Shown here in pieces: positions 22,524 through 29,479 of a DNA stretch of 29,479 nt. The first letter of the stretch is position 1. Each line of letters begins with the position of its first letter. Below the pieces are notes generated by a model, which saw nothing but the letters and a program-made list of their open reading frames with translations, was not told the origin of the DNA and did not search any database. A program made the position numbers and the translations under genes. This DNA comes from a virus (lineage: Duplodnaviria; Caudoviricetes), in IMG/VR virus record IMGVR_UViG_3300012942_000107, positions 1-29,479 of that record. The stretch is one strand, 5' to 3'.

Positions 22524-25366
22524 AGACGCTGGGCAAGATCGTCGAAGGCATCGGCATCGCGGCGCTGGCGGCAACGGCGGTTTTGACCGGCGTGGGCGTC
22601 GTGGTGGGCGGTCTCACGCTCGGGGCCGCCTTCTCCGCCGCGACAGGCGCGATCGGAGCGGGGCTTGGCGTCTCCGCCGGTTTGGTTGCCGACGCCGCGC
22701 TGGTTGGTATCGCGTCTGTCTTTTCGCTGCTGCAATCGACCCCCAAGCCCAAGAGCCCCGAAACCGCCGTCAAGGTCACGAACCCGCCGCGCGTCATGTC
22801 GCTGGGCGAACGGCGGCTCTATGGCGCGTATGTCTGCTACCAGACCGATCCGAACAGCGGCAAGGCGGTGGACGTTTACGCGATCCATGACTGTCCCGTC
22901 GCGCCGATCGACAGCATCAGCGGCATGTATCTCGGCGACGATCGCGTCATCAATGAGAGCGGCGGCGACGGCCCCGGCACGGTCGCTAAGCTGCCCGATG
23001 GCACCTACGACAACGACAAGGTGCAGATCGACTACCGGCTGGGGCAGCGCACCGAGACGGCCTACAGCGAAGCCATCGCGACCTTGCCGGGCTCGTGGGA
23101 CGCCTCGCATCGCGGCGATGGCGTATGCTCCGGCATGGTCATCTGGGGGCCGGTGCTCGCCAAGAACTACTCGAAAATCTATCCTAAGGGCCAGCCCTCG
23201 CTCAGCCTCGTAGGCCGCTGGTCGAAGGTCTACGACTGGCGCGACGAAAGCCAGAGCCTCACCGATCCGTTGACATGGAAGTGGAACGACAACGCCTGTC
23301 TCGGCTACGTCTTCTACAAGCTGGTGGTGGAGGGCCGCCGCCCGACCTTGCCGTTCGATGATTCCGGCTTCGCCGCCCAGCTCGCGACGATCCTGCAAAA
23401 CAAGTGGGATACGCTGTTCGCACCGACGCTCGATTATTGGACCGCCGCCGCCGACGATTGCGACAGCGCCATTCCGATCACGGCGATGCGGACGCTGACC
23501 ACGATCAAGACCGACAATGGCGACCGTACCATCCATGTGCAGGACACGACCGGGCTGGCGGTGGGCGTCTCCGTCTCCATGACCGCGCTCGACGATCTGA
23601 CGCACACCGAAACCAATACGGTCGAATCGATCAGTGGGCGCACCGTCGTTCTGTCGAACGGGCTTACCTACAAGCACCCGGCGGGCTCGCTGCTGACATG
23701 GCAGTCCACAGAGGATCATCCGCTCACCGAAAAGCGCTATCGCACCTGCGCGACGTGGGAGATGACGACGCCGCACAAGGCCAATCTCGCGACGATCCTC
23801 GCCTGTTTCGACGGCTGGGTCAGTGACCGCGAGGACGGGGCGCTGGTCTGCTACTCGGGCCGCTACTATGCCCCCACCATCACGATCGGGCCGGATCAGA
23901 TCGTCCAGCACAGCTTCGACGACGGCATAGACGATGAGAACGCGGTCAACGAGCTCGTTCTCACCACCGTCAGCGCGGTGCATCATTGGGCGACACCGGA
24001 ATGCGAGGCGTGGCGCGACGAGGATGATATCGACGCGCGCGGCCGGGTCGCTTCGCAGCCGCTCGAATTGCAGGTGCCGAGCTATACGCAGGGCCGCCGG
24101 CTCGCCAAGCGCACGATGGCCCGGCTCATGGCCCCGAAGCGCGGCACCGTCACCACCAATCCCGGCGGCCGGATCGCGATCGGGCAACGCTATATCACGC
24201 TGCGCATCATCGAGGGCGGCGCGACGTGGTATGACGGCCCGGCCGAGATCACCGCCTTGAAGCATACCCAGACCGGTATCGCCTTCACCTGGGTTGCCGC
24301 CGATCCGAACGTGGACGCGTGGAATCCCGCGACCGAAGAGGGGATGCCCGCGCCAATCGGCAACACCGCCGTCGCCGCCGCGCTCGCCATGCCGACGATC
24401 AGCTCCGCGCTGCCCGACTTCTCGGCGGTGAGCGAGGACGGCACGGGAGTCCGCATCGCGATCACCGCCACCGGACCGGACAGGGACGATCTGACCTGGT
24501 ATGCGCGCTGGCGGGTTCAGGGTTCGTCGGCATGGAACGAGGCCGAGTATGCCGATGCTGACCCCGGCGCGTCGGTTGCGCTCAGCACCGGCTTCGTGCC
24601 CGCGCAGGCGATGATCGAGGTCGCCGTGGCCTACAAGGTGAGCGACGGCCGCGTGTCCGACTGGTCCGATCCGCCTGCCGTGGTCAACACCGCCACCGAT
24701 CAGACGCCGCCCGATGACGCCACGGTTCCGACGCTGGTGTCCTGGACCGACAGCCTCAATCTCCAGCTCGCCGGCAACATCGCGCGCGCCGCGACCTATC
24801 GCTGGACCTTCTATGAGACGGACGGGACCACCGTCATCGTCACGCACTCCACGCCGGATCGCAGTATCAATTACGCGGCTTCGCAGGCCCGGATCGACGG
24901 GGTGCGCCGCGCCTATGTCGTCGGGGTCGCGGGCGTGAACAGCGCTGGGGTTGGCGTGGAAGCGAAAACCGCCGTTCTGAGCAAGGACGCGCCTGCCGCC
25001 GTCACCTCGCCTGCGATTACCGGGGGGGACACGACGGCGGTGGCGACCTGCGATGAGACGCCTGGCGCGAGCGGTTATGTGGTGTTCTATGGTGACGCGA
25101 CAGGCTTCGATCCCACGACGACGGGCGGCGTCGTCACTTCCGGTCTGCCCAGCATCTCCATCTTCGGGCTGGACGCCGGAACATATTATGGGCGCGTCGC
25201 CGCCTATGACGAATGGACCGCGAACCCGGCCTATCTCAGCCTATCCGATGAAATCCCCTTCACGATCACGGTAGGCGGCGGCTCGACCCCTTCCGGCGGT
25301 GGCGGCGGTGGCGGTGGCTATACCGGCGGCGGCGGCGGCGGAGGGGGTCACTACAACATCCCCTGA
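22520..25366 (+). CDS. Tail tip / host-specificity protein (gpJ-like) with FN3-like repeats
   Basis: 948 aa; W...HRGDG, V.DWRD, EKRY, QGRRLAK; C-terminal beta-sandwich repeats and Gly-rich tail. Confidence 0.85.
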   Translation: MKTLGKIVEGIGIAALAATAVLTGVGVVVGGLTLGAAFSAATGAIGAGLGVSAGLVADAALVGIASVFSLLQSTPKPKSPETAVKVTNPPRVMSLGERRLYGAYVCYQTDPNSGKAVDVYAIHDCPVAPIDSISGMYLGDDRVINESGGDGPGTVAKLPDGTYDNDKVQIDYRLGQRTETAYSEAIATLPGSWDASHRGDGVCSGMVIWGPVLAKNYSKIYPKGQPSLSLVGRWSKVYDWRDESQSLTDPLTWKWNDNACLGYVFYKLVVEGRRPTLPFDDSGFAAQLATILQNKWDTLFAPTLDYWTAAADDCDSAIPITAMRTLTTIKTDNGDRTIHVQDTTGLAVGVSVSMTALDDLTHTETNTVESISGRTVVLSNGLTYKHPAGSLLTWQSTEDHPLTEKRYRTCATWEMTTPHKANLATILACFDGWVSDREDGALVCYSGRYYAPTITIGPDQIVQHSFDDGIDDENAVNELVLTTVSAVHHWATPECEAWRDEDDIDARGRVASQPLELQVPSYTQGRRLAKRTMARLMAPKRGTVTTNPGGRIAIGQRYITLRIIEGGATWYDGPAEITALKHTQTGIAFTWVAADPNVDAWNPATEEGMPAPIGNTAVAAALAMPTISSALPDFSAVSEDGTGVRIAITATGPDRDDLTWYARWRVQGSSAWNEAEYADADPGASVALSTGFVPAQAMIEVAVAYKVSDGRVSDWSDPPAVVNTATDQTPPDDATVPTLVSWTDSLNLQLAGNIARAATYRWTFYETDGTTVIVTHSTPDRSINYAASQARIDGVRRAYVVGVAGVNSAGVGVEAKTAVLSKDAPAAVTSPAITGGDTTAVATCDETPGASGYVVFYGDATGFDPTTTGGVVTSGLPSISIFGLDAGTYYGRVAAYDEWTANPAYLSLSDEIPFTITVGGGSTPSGGGGGGGGYTGGGGGGGGHYNIP

Positions 25367-25367
25367 G

Positions 25368-25402
25368 CCGCCGTAATCGGAGAAGGCCCTGAACCATAGG
25401 CT
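25368..25402 (+). promoter_or_regulatory. Putative late promoter for spike and lysis genes
   Basis: CCGCCGTAATC 25368-25378, TAGGCT 25397-25402, leader with GGAG. Confidence 0.75.
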
Positions 25403-25427
25403 TTGCCCGTTTCAACGGGAGCCGGTC

Positions 25428-26948
25428 ATGGGCGAAATCACGGATGACGCCAACGAAGTTTATCGCGATTTCAATACGGACGGCGTGCCTTCGTCCGGTG
25501 CCCACGACCCCGAAAAGCCCGATATCAGGTCGCTGTTTTCCAAGATCGATATTGTCGTCGCCGCATCAGCAGCCGGCATCGCGATTGTGGCGACCACGGC
25601 CGACCGAGATACATTCTACACTGACGCCGATAACCAGTCGAAGCTGGTCTACGTCAACAACAACAACGGCACGGCCGATGACGCGGCCAATGGTGTCTAC
25701 GAATATGTTGGCGGCGCTCCCCGGATCGCGACGGGTTTCTATCAGGGAGTCGCTGCTGTCGTGCAGCCTCTGGTGGACGAGGCTGAGGCGTGGGCGCAAT
25801 CCGATGCCAATCCCGACCCCGAAGATTCCGGCAGCAAATCGGCCAAGACCCTTGCCGCCGAAGCGGCGGCGAGCGCGGAAGTGCTGGGGGGCGTCTTCAC
25901 CTTCGCCAATGATTACGACTTCCCTGGATTCTTCACCGGGGACGGCAGGATTTGGCTGTATGCCGATCCGGTTTCCGGGGAGGTGGATTTTCTGCCGAGC
26001 GGCCAGCTCAAGGCCCGGATATTGGGAACCACCTCCGTCGTCACGGCCCTGCCGAAAACCGATTTCAGTCGCCTCTATATGTGGGGCGACAGCCGAACCG
26101 AAGGCGCGGGCGACGCCACGCCGAACACATTCCCGTATTTCGCCATCGCGGCTCTGCCTTTGGTAGCAGTGCACGGCAAGAGCGCCGATAACCTCGGACG
26201 CAGCGGGCAACTCTCCGCTGAGATCGTCGCCCGGCAAGGCGGCCTCCCGCCGATCTTGACCGTCGCCGATGACACAATCCCTGCGAGTGGCGCGGTGGCC
26301 GTCACCAGCCGGAGCGTGGACATCTTCAAATATGGCGGCTCCGTCAACGGATCGGCCACCTTCAACAGTCAGACCGGATATCTCGCTGGCATCCACGGCA
26401 CCTATGCGAACGATGGTGCGGGTAATCACAGCTTCACGCGCACCGACGCTGGATTGGCTACTCCAGTTCCGATCGGGTCGGTGTTCACCCCAGATATCGC
26501 CGTAGCCGCCGCAAACGCGGTCAACTTCCTTTGCGCCGGCACCAACGACCCCTATGCCTCGCAAACCGATATCGTGTTCAATACTCTGGCGGCGCGCCAA
26601 TATACCGAAGCGAACGGCGGCCTCATGATGGTCGCTGGAGTTATCGGCCGCCAGCGCGGCTCGGCCAGCGACACCAATCAGAGCGATATTGTTCTGCTCA
26701 ATCAGATGCTGAAGGCCGCGCATGGCCGCTATTATCTCGATTTCCTGACGCCACCCACAGCGGCCGAGATGGCGGCGGTCGGGTACTCCCCGACCAGCAC
26801 GGACACCGCCGACATTGCAGCGGGCTACTGGCCGACCGGCCTTTACGACGCCGCCAATGATTACGTCCATTTCCAGCAACTCGGCCAGAAGATTCAGGTC
26901 AGCCGGATGGTGGCGATGTTCAACAACCTCAAAGCGGGAGCGGCCTAA
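25428..26948 (+). CDS. Tail spike/fibre with SGNH (GDSL-like) esterase domain
   Basis: Blocks WGDS, NLGRSG, AGTND and DYVH; N-terminal virion anchor RDF.TDGVPSSG...P.K.DIR. Confidence 0.75.
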   Translation: MGEITDDANEVYRDFNTDGVPSSGAHDPEKPDIRSLFSKIDIVVAASAAGIAIVATTADRDTFYTDADNQSKLVYVNNNNGTADDAANGVYEYVGGAPRIATGFYQGVAAVVQPLVDEAEAWAQSDANPDPEDSGSKSAKTLAAEAAASAEVLGGVFTFANDYDFPGFFTGDGRIWLYADPVSGEVDFLPSGQLKARILGTTSVVTALPKTDFSRLYMWGDSRTEGAGDATPNTFPYFAIAALPLVAVHGKSADNLGRSGQLSAEIVARQGGLPPILTVADDTIPASGAVAVTSRSVDIFKYGGSVNGSATFNSQTGYLAGIHGTYANDGAGNHSFTRTDAGLATPVPIGSVFTPDIAVAAANAVNFLCAGTNDPYASQTDIVFNTLAARQYTEANGGLMMVAGVIGRQRGSASDTNQSDIVLLNQMLKAAHGRYYLDFLTPPTAAEMAAVGYSPTSTDTADIAAGYWPTGLYDAANDYVHFQQLGQKIQVSRMVAMFNNLKAGAA

Positions 26949-27712
26949 TGTCCGAGGTCATTGCGATAGGATATGACCCGACCGGCCTCGTTTCCCCGGT
27001 CTTTCCGCTGACCGATCCGGCGATGACATATGATCACGATGCCCTCTACCGGTTCTACACCTATACGGACGGCAACCGCGTGGTCGGCGACACGCTGGCC
27101 AACGGCGTCATCGGACACACGCCCGCGACGGTAACATCTGTCGGAGGGGCCGGACACATGGCGATTGGTCCGGTCACAAAGGGAGCTTTGTGGGGATCGG
27201 GAAGCCAGGCGATCAGCCTGCCTTCCTCCTTCGATCTTCTGGACGCCGACGATGATGAGGAGGTCGTGATCACGGTCGGCTTCAGCATCGCGACGATTCC
27301 AGCCAGCGGAGTTTACGCGATTGCCGGCAAGTGGACGAGCACAGCAGTTGTGCAATGGGGCCTGTTCGTCAATGCGGGCAAGATATGGCCAACCTTTACC
27401 GGCCTTGTCACCACCAATATTATTCCATCGCCTCTCAACGGCACGTCATATCTCATCACCCTGCACTTCAGAAGGGTGGTCAACGGAGCCCGCCAAGTCA
27501 ACATATGGGTGGATGACGCCTTGGTTGCGAACTACACTTTCGTTCCAGGCAGCGGCGGCGCGAACGCTCCGGTTGTCGGTCTCAATGGCAGCATTGCTGC
27601 CCCGACTGGCCTGACGGTGCACGAAGCGCAGGTGTTCACGCCGCCGGCGGGCTACGATCCGAGCGCGTGGATCGCCGCCGAGCGGGCGAAGCTGACGGCC
27701 GATGTGGGGTAG
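26948..27712 (+). CDS. Concanavalin A/LamG-like beta-sandwich protein
   Basis: Beta-rich, IAGKW, W.LFV, IWVD; TAATG coupling to the spike gene. Confidence 0.5.
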   Translation: MSEVIAIGYDPTGLVSPVFPLTDPAMTYDHDALYRFYTYTDGNRVVGDTLANGVIGHTPATVTSVGGAGHMAIGPVTKGALWGSGSQAISLPSSFDLLDADDDEEVVITVGFSIATIPASGVYAIAGKWTSTAVVQWGLFVNAGKIWPTFTGLVTTNIIPSPLNGTSYLITLHFRRVVNGARQVNIWVDDALVANYTFVPGSGGANAPVVGLNGSIAAPTGLTVHEAQVFTPPAGYDPSAWIAAERAKLTADVG

Positions 27713-27716
27713 CCCC

Positions 27717-27794
27717 ATGACCGGCTACATCCTCGTCCTCGCCCTCCTCGCCAGCGTGGCGGTGGTGTGCCTCATGCTGGGGCGGCGGACGTGA
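27717..27794 (+). CDS. Tiny membrane peptide (25 aa)
   Basis: MTGYILVLALLASVAVVCLMLGRRT; fills the gap before the lysis genes. Confidence 0.35.
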   Translation: MTGYILVLALLASVAVVCLMLGRRT

Positions 27795-27809
27795 CGGGGG
27801 AGTGTTCAT

Positions 27810-28151
27810 GTGGCTGATGTGTCGATGCTCGCCGGGCCGTTCGGAGGGCTCATGGCCGGGATGTGGGGAGCCGGGGCCATGATGGGCTATGGCTTCGCGC
27901 ATCGCACGCTGAGCAAGGAAATCAGCGGCCTGCGCGCCAAGATGGACCTGAACGAAGAGAAGTGCCGGCACGAGATCGACACGCTGCGCGCCGAGCATAA
28001 GACGGAGATCGGCGGCTTGGTCGGACGGCTGCGCGAGATTGAGAATCTGTATTTCTACGGGGTCCAGCGCCAGCTCGGGCAGGTGCGGGAATCGACCGCG
28101 CACCTGATCGACAGGGGGCGCATCGTGCCGCCGGTGGAGGAAGGGGAATGA
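27810..28151 (+). CDS. Membrane-anchored coiled-coil protein (holin/antiholin-like)
   Basis: N-terminal hydrophobic helix then coiled coil; ATGA overlap with the endolysin. Confidence 0.5.
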   Translation: MADVSMLAGPFGGLMAGMWGAGAMMGYGFAHRTLSKEISGLRAKMDLNEEKCRHEIDTLRAEHKTEIGGLVGRLREIENLYFYGVQRQLGQVRESTAHLIDRGRIVPPVEEGE

Positions 28152-28693
28152 TCCCCGATATCGACGCCTTGATCGCCCGCGAAGGCGACTACAGCGACAA
28201 CCCGGCTGATCGCGGCGGCGCGACCAACTTCGGCATTACGGAGCAAGTGGCGCGCGCCTACGGTTATCAGGGCGACATGCGCGCTTTGCCTCGCGCCACG
28301 GCGGTTGCGATCTACCGCCAGCGTTACTGGACCGGCCCGCATTTCGATCAGGTGGGGATGATCGTGCCCGAACTGGCCGCGGAGATGTTCGATTGCGGCG
28401 TCAATATGGGCGTGGCGGCCGCTGGACGGTTCCTACAGCGCGCTCTGAACGTGCTGAACCGGGGCGCGGTCGATTATCCCGACGTGCCCGCAGACGGCGC
28501 TGTGGGGCCCCTCACGATCGCGGCGCTGCAGGGCTATCGCGCGCATCGCTCGGATGCGGAAGGCGCGGCGGTGCTGCTGTGGCTTGTCCGCGCGCTTCGC
28601 GCGGGGCGCTATGTCGAGATCGCGGAGGGGAGCCCTTCGCAAGAGGCGTTTGAGTATGGATGGATCGCCCGAATGGTGAGGCTGGCGGCATGA
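28148..28693 (+). CDS. Endolysin, glycoside hydrolase family 108 with peptidoglycan-binding domain
   Basis: REGDYSDNPADRGGATNFGIT, Y..RYW, FD.GVNMG, LQRALN, DG.VGP.T, F.YGW..R. Confidence 0.93.
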   Translation: MIPDIDALIAREGDYSDNPADRGGATNFGITEQVARAYGYQGDMRALPRATAVAIYRQRYWTGPHFDQVGMIVPELAAEMFDCGVNMGVAAAGRFLQRALNVLNRGAVDYPDVPADGAVGPLTIAALQGYRAHRSDAEGAAVLLWLVRALRAGRYVEIAEGSPSQEAFEYGWIARMVRLAA

Positions 28694-29088
28694 GCGCGCC
28701 TCGCATCTCGTGGAAGCATCTCGGCGTCTTCCTCTGCATCTACACCGCGCTCGGGTTCGTGGCGTGGCTTATCCATATCCTGTCGCGGCCATCCTACTGG
28801 TGCGGCGTGATCGTCGGCGCGGGCAAGGCGGCGGGGGTCAAACCGCTCGTGCAGGACTGCTCGCCGATCCTGCTCGCCCTGATCGACAAGCTGGGTTCCA
28901 TCGCGCTCGTGCTGGTGGGCTCGGCGGCGATCGGCATCCTTGTATGGGTCGTGATCGCCCTCGGGGCCACGCTCAGCTTCAAGGCCGGTGGTGGAGGTGT
29001 GGAAGGCGACGTGCATGGGCCTGTGCCCGTCCGCGTCGAGCAACCGGCAGACAAGCCTGTTCCGGTATCGCAGGAGACCAAGCCATGA
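28690..29088 (+). CDS. Holin-like membrane protein
   Basis: Two to three hydrophobic helices; coupled between the endolysin and the spanin-like gene. Confidence 0.5.
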   Translation: MSAPRISWKHLGVFLCIYTALGFVAWLIHILSRPSYWCGVIVGAGKAAGVKPLVQDCSPILLALIDKLGSIALVLVGSAAIGILVWVVIALGATLSFKAGGGGVEGDVHGPVPVRVEQPADKPVPVSQETKP

Positions 29089-29479
29089 CCCTCGCCGCCA
29101 TCTGGGCGCTGATACGCGGCCCGCTCCTCAAAGCCGCGCCGTGGTTGATCGGCGCGCTGCTGATCGTCGCCAGTTATCTCTACGCCTACGAGCATGGCCG
29201 ATCGGTACAGAAGGCGAAGGACGCCGCCACCATCTCCGCCCTGCAAGCCGCCGTCGCCCAATCCACCGCCAACGTCGCCACGCTGAAGAAGGCGATCGAT
29301 GCGCAGAATGCCGACAGCCTCGCCCGCGCCGCCGCTTTCAACGCCGCACAGGCGCAGGACGCGCAGGACGTGGCCGCCGCGAACGCGCGCTGGGAATCGA
29401 GCGAGAAGTCTCGCGCCAAGCTGGCGGACCTCGCCGCGCATGGGATGAGCGGGTGCAAGGCTTCGGCGGAATTGCTGAA
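29085..29479 (+). CDS. Inner-membrane spanin (Rz-like), truncated by the window end
   Basis: AGGAG SD, ATGA overlap, N-terminal TM then Ala-rich coiled coil, open to the window end. Confidence 0.65.
   Translation, partial: MTLAAIWALIRGPLLKAAPWLIGALLIVASYLYAYEHGRSVQKAKDAATISALQAAVAQSTANVATLKKAIDAQNADSLARAAAFNAAQAQDAQDVAAANARWESSEKSRAKLADLAAHGMSGCKASAELL

Noticed and set aside
22049-24847. Long minus-strand ORFs (932 aa here; also 4336-5964, 9096-10949, 25566-26879)
   Set aside because: Antisense shadows of GC-rich coding genes, with no motifs or SD
25274-25348. GGC-rich run as a second guide array
   Set aside because: 3-nt periodic and in frame; encodes the poly-Gly tail of the tip protein
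25428-27712. Diversity-generating retroelement acting on tail genes
   Set aside because: No reverse transcriptase and no template/variable repeat pair visible in the window

Overview
GC-rich late (virion morphogenesis and lysis) region of a siphovirus-type phage or prophage, probably from an alphaproteobacterium (sphingomonad-like; inferred from protein style, not proven). Gene order: LmbU-like regulator, metallopeptidase, terS/terL, portal fused to an Acb1-like 2H-phosphoesterase plus an extra C-terminal domain, serine recombinase, MuF minor head, a small divergent RHH cassette, DUF2213 protease/scaffold, decoration protein, major capsid, an inverted four-gene neck module, an accessory island (13925-17588), tail tube, chaperones with a -1 frameshift, tape measure, tail tip, SGNH tail spike and a lysis cassette cut by the window end. 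The standout is in the island: a solo Cas7/RAMP-like gene (14619-15209), a coupled partner gene (14140-14622) and a 165-nt non-coding array of GGY-NN pentamers (13961-14125) in two units punctuated by GGCA and closed by an intrinsic terminator. It looks like a compact RNA-guided system that is not CRISPR. Read as NNx codons, the variable dinucleotides of unit 2 resemble the neighbouring head-tail adaptor gene, hinting at a target in a related phage (statistically marginal). A second clear signal is a CCGCCGTAAT-type motif with a YANNNT box 19-20 nt after the CCGTAA core, placed before the late modules and often just upstream of leaderless starts. All family calls come from motif recognition by eye; no searches were run.
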